Shown: piece by piece, positions 55,817 to 64,000 of the stretch | Numbering within the stretch: the stretch's first letter is position 1 | How the letters are laid out: every line of letters starts with the position of its first letter | Source of the DNA: Parcubacteria group bacterium | GTDB lineage: Bacteria; Patescibacteriota; Minisyncoccia; Moranbacterales; GCA-2747515 | NCBI GenBank assembly: GCA_041660065.1 | Contig: JBAZXC010000002.1 | Span: forward strand, 102,866 to 166,865 | Reading direction: 5' to 3' | DNA: 64,000 nt | Translations under genes and position numbers: made by a program | The notes under the pieces: model-generated | Told to the model about the DNA's origin: nothing | The model's database searches: none | The model's input: only the letters and a program-made list of their open reading frames with translations

Positions 55817-57121
55817 TTATTCTTCCACCAATGTTATGTCTGCACCGATACTGCGCAATCTTTCTTGCAAATTCTCATAACCACGACTGATCGAGTACAC
55901 ATCGCGCAAGATCGATTTTCCTTTTGCGCCAAGCATCGCGACAAGCATGATCGCTGCCGGTCGCAATGCCGGTGGCGATGTCAGATCGGCACCGTGAAAT
56001 TTCGTCGGACCAGTGATATCCACGCGATGTGAATCAATGAGTGTCGCATGTCCGCCGAGACGATTAAGTTCTGTAAAATATACTGCGCGATTTTCGTATA
56101 CCCAATCATGGATCAATGTCTTGCCTTTTGCCATCATGGCAATCGGCACAAAAAACGGCAAATTATCCATATTTAGTCCCGGAAACGGCAACGCATGGAT
56201 TTTGTCTTGTAATGCGGTAAGTTTTGATGGGATCATTTTGATATCCACCAGTTGTGTCCGCTTATTGTATGATCGATATTTTTTAAGTATTTCATATTGC
56301 TGCCCCATTTTTTCCAATTTCAATAACTCCAATTCCAAAAATTCGATCGGACATCGCTTAACGACAAGCTCACTTTTTGTTGTGATCGCAAGAGAGAGAA
56401 AGAACATCGCCTCAATTGGGTCTTCGCTAATTGTATATTCCACTTTTTTCTTGAGATTCTTTTTGCCATAGATCTCCAATGTCGATGTGCCGATGCCCAC
56501 GATTTTTACACCAAGTTCTTCCAAGAAAAAACACAGGTCTTGCACCATGTAATTCGATGTTGCCATTTTGATCGTTGTTTTGCCGGGAATTTGCGCCGCC
56601 GCCATGATCGCTGTTTCGGTCACAGTATCCCCTGACTCATAGAGCACATTGCTCTCTGCGGGATGCAAAACATCTATCGACATATCAAATCCGCATTTTT
56701 GCGACACGATCTCGATGCCATATTTTTCCAAGGCAAAAAGATGCGGACGAATTGTCCGTGCGCCAAGTTTGCATCCTCCGGCCTGCGGGATGAAATATTT
56801 TTTGTGTTGCCCGGCAAGTGCACTGATGAGCATGATCGCACTGCGCGTTCTTTCTGCCGCCTGCACATTGATCGTTTCCGGCGTTAATTTCTTTGCTGGT
56901 GTAAGCGTCAGTGTCGCACCGTTTTTTTCCACATGCATGCCAATACTTGTCAGCACTTCGATCCATCGATTCACTTCTTCGATCTGCGGCACATTTTTCA
57001 AAACAGTGACATCCTGATTGATCACTGAAGCGGCAAGAAGCGCCACTGCGGCATTTTTTGATCCATTGACACTGATCGACCCATGTAATTTCTTCCCGCC
57101 GTTGATCTCAAAATATTGCAT
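55817..57121 (-). CDS. murA: UDP-N-acetylglucosamine 1-carboxyvinyltransferase
   Basis: 434 aa with the EPT fold: MQYFEINGGKKLHGSISVNGSKNAAVALLAASV, and catalytic Cys region KLGARTIRPHL. Confidence 0.95.
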   Translation of the reverse strand: MQYFEINGGKKLHGSISVNGSKNAAVALLAASVINQDVTVLKNVPQIEEVNRWIEVLTSIGMHVEKNGATLTLTPAKKLTPETINVQAAERTRSAIMLISALAGQHKKYFIPQAGGCKLGARTIRPHLFALEKYGIEIVSQKCGFDMSIDVLHPAESNVLYESGDTVTETAIMAAAQIPGKTTIKMATSNYMVQDLCFFLEELGVKIVGIGTSTLEIYGKKNLKKKVEYTISEDPIEAMFFLSLAITTKSELVVKRCPIEFLELELLKLEKMGQQYEILKKYRSYNKRTQLVDIKMIPSKLTALQDKIHALPFPGLNMDNLPFFVPIAMMAKGKTLIHDWVYENRAVYFTELNRLGGHATLIDSHRVDITGPTKFHGADLTSPPALRPAAIMLVAMLGAKGKSILRDVYSISRGYENLQERLRSIGADITLVEE

Positions 57122-57264
57122 AAAATTCTCAAAATAATTACCCCCATATCTTCGTCAAGTATAGGGGAAACACCCTTTTTTTACAAGATAAATGACTTTT
57201 TCATTCTTGAATATTTTAAAAACCCCAATGAGAAAATCCTTTGTAACATTAGATTACGAATTTA

Positions 57265-57768
57265 CTACATTTTTAATGTCAAATGCACAGCATTATATTT
57301 TGGATCAGTTTTTGATTTCTCAACGTCCGTTATTTCATAATTTCTTGTCAAAAGCAATTTAAGCATTTCTTTTGACACATTATAAACTTTTACTGTTATA
57401 GATTCATATTTATTTTCTCTGGCAAATTGCTCATTTCGTTCAAAAAGCTTAACAGCGATTCCTTTGTTTCTATACTCTTCCAATACCCCCATGATCCACA
57501 GGTACAGAGAGTTGTTTTTCTCAAAAGAAATTGAATCACCAATAATTTGATCATTAACCTTTGCCACAAATATTTTTGGTTGTAAATTTTTTAATTTCTC
57601 CTGATATTGATCTAAAGAATATGGATCTTTCTCATACATACCTTTAAATATCTTGTCATTTACAAAAACAATTTGCTCAAGTTGATCAATGCCACACTCT
57701 GTTATTTCATATTTATTGGATCGCTCAATATTTGCACTTGGAAATTCTTCTCTCATAAAAAATGTCAT
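57265..57768 (-). CDS. GNAT family N-acetyltransferase
   Basis: Acetyl-CoA binding motif RNKGIAVKLF (R/Q-x-x-G-x-A/G). Confidence 0.8.
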   Translation of the reverse strand: MTFFMREEFPSANIERSNKYEITECGIDQLEQIVFVNDKIFKGMYEKDPYSLDQYQEKLKNLQPKIFVAKVNDQIIGDSISFEKNNSLYLWIMGVLEEYRNKGIAVKLFERNEQFARENKYESITVKVYNVSKEMLKLLLTRNYEITDVEKSKTDPKYNAVHLTLKM

Positions 57769-57984
57769 TAAATAAAATATACGAATACTTATTATATCGA
57801 CTTCAGTTTACACCTTATCATTAAAATACGAAATCTTCCACAATCTTTATAAATTATTAACCGTTTTTACAAGATAAAAAGCCATAAGCGAATTTTTATT
57901 GCGCGTATGGCTTGATAAATATTATTTCGTCAGAAAATGCCCTTTGTGACGAATAGATGTAAAGAAATGAACATCTCTTTTTTT

Positions 57985-58110
57985 ATTTTTCATAGAACTT
58001 GCGCGTTTGCGTACAGTTCGAGGCGCAATCGAGGAGCGGAGTAAGCTGTAGTATATGCTACTGCGTCGAGCACCGCAGATTGCAAACAAAGAAATGTGCC
58101 AAACGCGTAA
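57985..58110. other. GC-rich, helix-rich intergenic segment: candidate structured small RNA or regulatory element (unassigned)
   Basis: A 15-bp imperfect inverted repeat (gaacttgcgcgtttg ... caaacgcgtaagttc) encloses about 90 nt with several local hairpins (ctgcgtcgagcaccgcag; gtag...ctac). GC content is well above the flanks. No Rfam-type consensus recognised by eye. Confidence 0.25.
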
Positions 58111-58280
58111 GTTCTATACATTACAACGTTGTGTAATGATCATATATTCAATTGTCAAATGAACAAAAAATCGGGCTTGAGTTATAAATAACTCACCCGA
58201 ATTTTCATCTCGTAGCGTTGCCCAAAAGCAGACTACTCCATAAGTATAGCACGAAATCGTGACGAAGTCAATCATGCACT

Positions 58281-59567
58281 CTACAACCGATCTTTATAAT
58301 TCTCCGCCCAATATTTTACCTTATTGCCATATTGTTTGCACACAGTACGATTAATATTTGATCCGCAATAATAACGACGTGCCGCATCGTACTCCCCCTT
58401 TTCGCTTGATGCACCATCATTCGCGAGTTTGATCGCCATCGCCATCACGCCATCGGTGAGGCTCCATGGATTTGCCGGGCTGTTTCCGGTATAACTCTTG
58501 ATCTTGGATTCATATCCTACCCACGTTGTTGGCATGAATTGCGCCACGCCCATTGCTCCGCCAATCCCGTAACTGAGCGCACACGACACCTTCTGCTTTT
58601 TATAATCATAATCCAGATCTTTGCAAATACGCTTAAAGATCTCTAAATTTTTGTCACCCATCTTGCTTTGTTTATATGTACACCCGCCGGTAAATCGACC
58701 AAGATCTGTTTCCACCACAAGCATGCCAAGAATAAAGCTCTTACGCACACCCGTTTTTTTGCTTGCAAATTTTGCCGCTTCGACGATATCATCCGTGCTG
58801 AACGACTCGCCCAACAACGATGACAATTTTGACTCGACCGCAGAAAGCTTTGCGTTCAAATCCGCCAGTGTCGTATCTACCTTAACGATCTCTGTTTGCA
58901 CAGCGACGGATTGCGCCAAAAGATCTGATTCTTTTTCCTTATGCTCCTCTAAGAGCTTCTCTTTTTCGCTTTTGAGCGCGGCAAGTTCATTTTTTTTCTG
59001 CTCTTGCAAATCCTTTGTGGATTGCACCTGTTGCACCATCTCAACGATCTTTGAACGCAGTGACCCGAGATCATCGGTCTTTCCCATGAATCTCTGCATG
59101 CCATCATTATTTTCTATAACAGAAGAAAACGTGCGACCATTTTGCGCATAATATACATTGCGCATTGTCTCCGCCAATGATCGTTGATAAAGAAGAATCT
59201 GTCCATTCAATGACTGGATCTGTGCATCATGCCGATCAATATCCGCTTCTTTTGCTTCAATATCACTGATAACCATATCAATCGTACGCTTGGTTGCGCC
59301 AAGCGACTGTTGCACGACATTCAAATTTCCCTGCAAAGATGATTTTTGTGCTTCCACTTTTTCCACTTTATCCTCGTATTTTTCTTTTTTTTCTTCGTAT
59401 TCTTCTTGTTGTTCTTTTTCTTCTTCCGTCAATTCATCTTCTGAATCATCTGCATAGAGAACATTCCCATTGCACAAAAAAAGCCCCGCACATAAAATGC
59501 ACATCCAGATCAATAAATATATATTGCGCCTTCTTTGTCTTTTCATAGCATACCTATCATACCACAA
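58281..59567 (-). CDS. Secreted coiled-coil protein with a C-terminal lytic transglycosylase (SLT-like) domain
   Basis: Signal/TM, then an acidic KE-rich segment and a long coiled-coil. The C-terminus has GIGGAMGVAQFMPTTW (compare the SLT GLMQxMPxT motif). Confidence 0.6.
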   Translation of the reverse strand: MWYDRYAMKRQRRRNIYLLIWMCILCAGLFLCNGNVLYADDSEDELTEEEKEQQEEYEEKKEKYEDKVEKVEAQKSSLQGNLNVVQQSLGATKRTIDMVISDIEAKEADIDRHDAQIQSLNGQILLYQRSLAETMRNVYYAQNGRTFSSVIENNDGMQRFMGKTDDLGSLRSKIVEMVQQVQSTKDLQEQKKNELAALKSEKEKLLEEHKEKESDLLAQSVAVQTEIVKVDTTLADLNAKLSAVESKLSSLLGESFSTDDIVEAAKFASKKTGVRKSFILGMLVVETDLGRFTGGCTYKQSKMGDKNLEIFKRICKDLDYDYKKQKVSCALSYGIGGAMGVAQFMPTTWVGYESKIKSYTGNSPANPWSLTDGVMAMAIKLANDGASSEKGEYDAARRYYCGSNINRTVCKQYGNKVKYWAENYKDRL

Positions 59568-59629
59568 AATGCGCAGACAAAAAACCGACCCACAGGATCG
59601 GTTTTATGTACATCGAATGAAAAATACTG

Positions 59630-60289
59630 CTATTTTTCTTTTTTCTCTTCTTCTACCACCTTATCAGCCACACCTTCGATCTTTGAGACATCAGCATCCA
59701 CTTCCGTATTGAGGGATGCAAGCTCTTCCTCAGATCGCGGTTCAGAAACCATTGCAATGATTGTTTCCGGATCAGCCAATATGTGCACCTTATCACCAAG
59801 TGTGAGATCACCGACCGTGATATGATCGTCAAATGTTTTTAACGTCTCAAGATTTACCTCAATTTCATGTGGCAAATCTGCAGGCAGTGCGCGAACCTCT
59901 AGTTCATCGAGCGTCTTGACCAATGTGCCGCCCAATTCCTTTACTGCCGGTGCGATACCCACAAATACAAGCGACACACCTGTTTCAACTTCCTCTTTCA
60001 TATTGAGGACATACAAGTCGATATGTGTAAGCACGCCCGATACCGGATTGTTCTGATAGTCGTAAATCAACACATTGACCGGTTTTTTTTCTCCATCAAT
60101 TTCCAATGTTACCACTGTACTCATACCAGCCTGTGCAAACACGCGCGCAAACTCCACGCTATCGATCCATATACTCTGCGCTTTCACGCCATCGCCATAC
60201 ACCACTGCCGGAATATTTGTCCCAGCCTCCGCACGCATCTTTTTACCGGTCTGCTCACGTTTTTTTGCCTTCAATGTGATCTTTTCCAT
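59630..60289 (-). CDS. rplY: 50S ribosomal protein L25 / general stress protein Ctc
   Basis: MEKITLKAKKREQTGKKMRAEAGTNIPAVVYG is the L25 N-terminus. An acidic C-terminal extension gives the Ctc form. Confidence 0.85.
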   Translation of the reverse strand: MEKITLKAKKREQTGKKMRAEAGTNIPAVVYGDGVKAQSIWIDSVEFARVFAQAGMSTVVTLEIDGEKKPVNVLIYDYQNNPVSGVLTHIDLYVLNMKEEVETGVSLVFVGIAPAVKELGGTLVKTLDELEVRALPADLPHEIEVNLETLKTFDDHITVGDLTLGDKVHILADPETIIAMVSEPRSEEELASLNTEVDADVSKIEGVADKVVEEEKKEK

Positions 60290-60316
60290 ATCATGTAGAA
60301 ATAATTATTCTTAAAC

Positions 60317-60640
60317 TTAAAACATTTCACTCGTATATCCGTCAAATCGATTGAGATAATCATGTACAGCGATCACATCATTATCCGAAACCGTTTTTGC
60401 ATCAAAAAAACTTTTTGCCTCCAATGGTGTTGCGTCCGTCAGAACGCCAACCGTCATCATTCCCGTATCATTTTGCGATACAAAGATCATCGCCGCACCG
60501 GCGCATTTTGCGCATGAAATATGCAAGATTGTACGGTCTTCATCATGGCCAAGTGGCATATACGACAAATGATCGCGCGATGCTCCGCACACCGGACACT
60601 TTTGTGGAATTACACGGTCATGGTCTCGTGAAAAGTTCAT
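60317..60640 (-). CDS. Hypothetical zinc-ribbon protein (107 aa)
   Basis: CPVCG...CAKC are four Cys arranged as a Zn ribbon. Confidence 0.4.
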   Translation of the reverse strand: MNFSRDHDRVIPQKCPVCGASRDHLSYMPLGHDEDRTILHISCAKCAGAAMIFVSQNDTGMMTVGVLTDATPLEAKSFFDAKTVSDNDVIAVHDYLNRFDGYTSEMF

Positions 60641-60797
60641 ATAGGTTGTATGCTACTACAAAAAAGAAAAAATTGCAAGATAAACACTCTGCCACATCTC
60701 TCAGTCTTCATTATGACAAAGATCAGCACTTCGTCAAGCTGTGCATCCTGAACCGTGCTCTATACTCCACTCAAGGACAGTCTTCAATTCACTCTTT

Positions 60798-61538
60798 TTA
60801 TAAATGATCCCAAATAAACTGAAACCAGATACGATAGTTTTCAGCCAATTCTTTGTTTTTCATGACAAAGATCGTGCCTCCCTCTCCAAAGTTTCCCACG
60901 CCCACACTATTAAATGTAACCACATAATCACCGAATATATCACAAACGCCCGGCGTGGAATATTTTTTAGGTAAAATTTTATAGGCACCGCCAACCTTCC
61001 TGATCGCCTCGGGCATTTGTTCTTTCACCCGGTGATCAAAAATTGTACGGTACTTCACTTTTTTCTTTTTCATCTCTTTCTTGAAATTGTCGAGAAAATA
61101 ACTAGGGATATTTGGCGTAAACCATAGCGCCTTGGCTCCCAAAAAATCGACGGGCTCACCAACGCGCACCAAATCTCGCATATAATTTTTATACCCTTCC
61201 ACGCCTTTATAGATAAATGCGATTTCTTCTGTCGGTTTTTTGCCATACGCCTCTCTCAACTGTGGCAAGATCTTTTCTATCTCAGTTTCTTTTTCATGGA
61301 CAATTTCCAACAATTTGTCCGGATTGACGGCGCTATAGATATTTTCCCCTGCTTGAAAGATCTGAAAAACCAAACCTTTTTCAAGAAGACGATTCAGAGA
61401 ATCATAAATATTTCTCCGATGAACATTGCTTTTTTTGGCAATGTGAGAAACAGAGGATTTTCCCAGATGGATCAGGGCTTCATAGATCTTCGCTTCATTC
61501 GGAGAAAGTCCGATTTTTTCCAGACTATTTTCGTACAT
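60798..61538 (-). CDS. TrmB-family transcriptional regulator (winged HTH plus C-terminal effector domain)
   Basis: N-terminus LEKIGLSPNEAKIYEALIHLGKSSVSHIAKKSNVHRRNIYDSLNRLLEKGLV matches the TrmB HTH. Confidence 0.7.
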   Translation of the reverse strand: MYENSLEKIGLSPNEAKIYEALIHLGKSSVSHIAKKSNVHRRNIYDSLNRLLEKGLVFQIFQAGENIYSAVNPDKLLEIVHEKETEIEKILPQLREAYGKKPTEEIAFIYKGVEGYKNYMRDLVRVGEPVDFLGAKALWFTPNIPSYFLDNFKKEMKKKKVKYRTIFDHRVKEQMPEAIRKVGGAYKILPKKYSTPGVCDIFGDYVVTFNSVGVGNFGEGGTIFVMKNKELAENYRIWFQFIWDHL

Positions 61539-61563
61539 ACGTTTGACTAAATTATTATATGGT

Positions 61564-61595
61564 GATAGTTACCACCTCATGGGATAGTTGACCAC
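61564..61595. promoter_or_regulatory. Tandem direct repeats GATAGTTnACCAC in the divergent promoter region between the TrmB-like regulator and a membrane protein (candidate operator)
   Basis: gatagttaccac (61564-75) and gatagttgaccac (61583-95). TTGACT lies just upstream at about 61543-48. Confidence 0.3.
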
Positions 61596-61697
61596 TCTTT
61601 ATATATAAATAATAATAAACTTAGTGTTTCATGTCAACTAAACTGTTTCGATGTTTCACAAATCCCAAAAAGTGCCTGTCGGCAAAAGGAGGAAATT

Positions 61698-62240
61698 ATG
61701 TTCTTTCAGTCAATTCTATACATAGTCTTCATATCTATTGGATATTCCGCTCCAATTACGGAACCTGTTATCCTAATGTCAATGGGAATGCTACTCTTGG
61801 GAGTAGTATGTGCGTCCCTAATAATCCCATTTGGTGGTTTGGACAAAAAAACGGAACATATTTCTGAATCAGTGTTGCTATATGGTCCAATTTCTTTTAT
61901 CGGTTGGCACATTGGAAATACTGCTGCCTTTATAGGTCATGAGTTTGACCCAGCTATCCTTGGTTCAACTACGTTTGTTGCCATAATATTGCTGTCCTTT
62001 TGGAGAACTTCCTATCATAGTAGAGAATACCGATTCAGTAATTTTCTACCCATCAGCAACAAACTTCCGACTACAACAAAAGTTGTTGTTAGTCTAAGGA
62101 TTCGTAAGCTTTCTACCTTAGCCGATAAGATAGTCGTGGCTATAGCGGAAAATAATCCCCTACCAACAGATTTATTAAAAGAGGCGGGAGTTACAGAAAA
62201 AGAAATGGACGAGATGAAAAAAGAATTGTCTAACGAATAA
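61698..62240 (+). CDS. Hypothetical membrane protein (180 aa)
   Basis: Strong SD (aaAGGAGGaaattATG). 4-5 TM helices. A terminator follows. Confidence 0.55.
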   Translation: MFFQSILYIVFISIGYSAPITEPVILMSMGMLLLGVVCASLIIPFGGLDKKTEHISESVLLYGPISFIGWHIGNTAAFIGHEFDPAILGSTTFVAIILLSFWRTSYHSREYRFSNFLPISNKLPTTTKVVVSLRIRKLSTLADKIVVAIAENNPLPTDLLKEAGVTEKEMDEMKKELSNE

Positions 62241-62263
62241 CTCCTAACAAGGACGATTTACCA

Positions 62264-62308
62264 TAAGCCATGTGACTCCGCATATTCAGTTTCACATGGC
62301 TTTTTTAA
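62264..62308 (+). terminator. Rho-independent terminator (11-bp stem aagccatgtga/tcacatggctt plus T6)
   Basis: Sequence-evident hairpin followed by a T-run. Confidence 0.7.
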
Positions 62309-62440
62309 TCTTCGGAAATCCTCATGAAACAAAAAATGGTTTGCAATGACCATCCTTGCAAATACCGATACGTAGATTTGGAACTTTGTACTAAAATAAA
62401 TGCAATAATATTTTGAAAGAATATGAGTTGAACTGGATAT

Positions 62441-62470
62441 AAAAAAGCCACCATATACAATTTTGGTGGC
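62441..62470 (-). terminator. Rho-independent terminator (stem gccacca/tggtggc) for the minus-strand ORF ending at 62511
   Basis: A T-run follows the stem on the minus strand. Confidence 0.55.
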
Positions 62471-62510
62471 TATTATGCAATATACAAAATAAAAGCAATG
62501 AGGAAAATTA

Positions 62511-62846
62511 CTACTCTATGACCTCCACTTTTCGACGTCCTCTGGCCCTGCGAATCGTGCCTTCGACGAAATTTTCGCCAAATGTATCAGGAATTATTCC
62601 GCAGTAAAATCCATCCTCTAACCATATTTCAAAATGATCTTCTTGACCAGGGGGATCAGCACATACATCCTTACAGATACCTTCTGTAGGAAGGAAAATC
62701 GAGTCCTTGTGAGTTATGCGAACTTTTTTACCGATGAAAAATCTCATTTTTGTTTCTTTGCTGGAATTTGTCACTGGTCTATTCCTCCTTTGAAATAATT
62801 TAAGTAATTTATACAGACCGGCAAAAAAAATAATCAGCATTCTCAA
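62511..62846 (-). CDS. Hypothetical protein (probably the shorter 78-aa form starting at the internal Met)
   Basis: ORF only. AT-rich context. Flanked by terminators. Confidence 0.3.
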   Translation of the reverse strand: MRMLIIFFAGLYKLLKLFQRRNRPVTNSSKETKMRFFIGKKVRITHKDSIFLPTEGICKDVCADPPGQEDHFEIWLEDGFYCGIIPDTFGENFVEGTIRRARGRRKVEVIE

Positions 62847-63009
62847 TTATTTAACCGCCAGTTTGTGATTTATGTTGTAAATGAACCAACGAAATAGCAT
62901 AGCACAATTCTACAGTCTTGTCAAGTTCTGGCTTCACCTACTGAACAAACTTAGAACTTTTGATTGGATAGAATTTGAAATAACTTTAGCAAAATTAAAA
63001 TGTACTTTT

Positions 63010-63053
63010 TTTATAAAAATAAAAGCTACCCCTTGGAAATCCCATGGGGTAGC
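63010..63053 (-). terminator. Rho-independent terminator (8-bp stem gctacccc/ggggtagc plus T-run on the minus strand)
   Basis: Sequence-evident hairpin; downstream of the gene ending at 63080. Confidence 0.55.
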
Positions 63054-63079
63054 TCTGAACTCATTAATTAATTGATTTT

Positions 63080-63715
63080 TTAGGCGGCAGTTATCCTTAC
63101 AGGCAAGAATGTTCTTGAATTATCTTTAAACATTCTTACCACCTCCTTGAATAAAAAAAGATTTTTGCCTGTCTTCGGCAAATTATCTAAAGAGACTTTC
63201 AAATCGTCATCTTGAATCACGAGGACTTTTAGAATGCGCCTCCGCTTATCCTCTGAACGATCATTTACCATGACAACCCAGCATTTCTTTTCCTTAAATG
63301 GAAACCCAAGCGCCCTCTTGATTTCTCCGATAGAGCATTTCGCAGCAATGCGATCCCTAAAGGGAGCCAGAGCTGCGTAGGCGTATTCCTCAAAATCTAC
63401 AACGGGTTTCGCTCTTGCCGATCTAAAGACTACTCTCCAGAAAAGAAAACGATTGTCATATGCTTTCTTCAAAAAAACCGGACCTTCAATAGTCCGAAAA
63501 TGAAGAGCATCTGACCCTGACTTCCCTGGATTATCGTTTCTGGTGAAATACACCAGCTCAATATTTACTCGTCCGAAGTTACGCTTCGTGAGAAATAAGA
63601 AAATATCGATTGAGAAGTAAAACAGAAAGAATATAATGGCTGATGCCAGTCCAATGACAAACCTCCCGGGAAAAGCCACTAAGAAATCAGATATACTAGC
63701 CATATCACCCTCCAA
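63080..63715 (-). CDS. Hypothetical membrane-anchored protein (211 aa)
   Basis: N-terminal TM (FVIGLASAIIFFLFYFSIDIFLFL). No motif recognised. Confidence 0.4.
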   Translation of the reverse strand: MEGDMASISDFLVAFPGRFVIGLASAIIFFLFYFSIDIFLFLTKRNFGRVNIELVYFTRNDNPGKSGSDALHFRTIEGPVFLKKAYDNRFLFWRVVFRSARAKPVVDFEEYAYAALAPFRDRIAAKCSIGEIKRALGFPFKEKKCWVVMVNDRSEDKRRRILKVLVIQDDDLKVSLDNLPKTGKNLFLFKEVVRMFKDNSRTFLPVRITAA

Positions 63716-64000
63716 GTAATATTGGTTAATGGATCAATTATCATAGATTGTCAAAAAACTGCGATATTAAACAATAGCATTGTAATATTTATCAGTCAAC
63801 ATCAATCAATATCAAAAGGCGCTAATGAACCTTAAGGTTATGATGATCGTTTGGCAGGACAGCTTTCGAACTTTTGAGTGGCTTAAAGGTTTGCCAGATC
63901 CACCGACGATTATTAAGCAGATAGGTCAACTTTTAGAATTAATATAAAAAAAGCGCCGTACCAATAGGTCGTGCGCCTCATAGAAATTTTTGATGCTGAG

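Noticed and set aside
57900-58280. tRNA, RNase P RNA, SRP RNA or 6S RNA in the long intergenic gap
   Set aside because: No GGTTCGAATCC-type T-loop with matching acceptor stem, no GGAAAGUCCGG / ACAGAAxCCGGCUUA RNase P blocks, and no SRP domain-IV GGAAGCAGCCA motif were found on either strand. Retained only as an unassigned candidate structured element.
59580-59612. Terminator hairpin downstream of rplY (aaaaccgatcctgtgggtcggtttttt on the minus strand)
   Set aside because: The stem is interrupted (4+2 bp with a mismatch). It is plausible but too weak to list as a feature.
1-64000. Transposases, integrases, phage genes, toxin-antitoxin pairs, restriction-modification systems
   Set aside because: No ORF in the window shows DDE, tyrosine/serine recombinase, terminase/capsid or methyltransferase or restriction motifs. 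The GIY-YIG gene is the only nuclease-like accessory gene, and it is of the small YhbQ type, not a homing-endonuclease/RM type.

Overview
Gene-dense, low-GC bacterial chromosome segment. Coding density is about 90%, genes are short and often overlap or sit 3-30 bp apart, and most lie on the minus strand. Several genes carry SD motifs (GGAGG/GAGGAG) while others have a -10 box 6-7 nt from the ATG. The supplied ORF track extends ORFs to the farthest ATG/GTG/TTG, so several true starts lie downstream; I re-derived starts where the sequence allowed (rpoB, dxs, leuA-like, IPK, a membrane protein). Housekeeping content: rpoB-rpoC (rpoC runs off the 5' edge), proS, smpB followed by a tmRNA gene, infC-rpmI-rplT, dxs, sufS-sufU-sufT, ispG plus an archaeal-type isopentenyl phosphate kinase, uvrA, ftsQ-holB, mreB, murA and rplY. 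Envelope genes include two tandem GT-C (PMT/GT39-like) and two GT4 glycosyltransferases. Accessory features: (1) a five-gene minus-strand operon (36.5-45.7 kb) encoding two paralogous giant repeat-rich membrane proteins, two small acidic proteins and an FtsK/VirD4/VirB4-superfamily ATPase, a candidate secretion or DNA-translocation system; (2) an ApbE flavin-transferase operon with a ferric-reductase-like bis-heme membrane protein and secreted proteins carrying TSP3-like Ca-binding motifs; (3) a leucine-rich leader peptide plus terminator hairpin (attenuator) upstream of a LeuA-family gene; (4) a GIY-YIG nuclease gene bracketed by near-identical 24-bp palindromic elements and preceded by a 21-bp perfect inverted repeat; (5) 48-bp tandem repeats at the ispG 3' end, a 32-bp perfect inverted repeat in the rdgB/smpB divergent region, and several promoters placed for leaderless transcription. 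No rRNA, tRNA, CRISPR array, transposase or integrase was recognised. The gene content and style (short ProRS without editing domain, TrmB regulator, PMT-like glycosyltransferases, giant proteins next to a T4SS-like ATPase) suggest a small-genome, possibly Patescibacteria/CPR-like organism; that assignment is inference.
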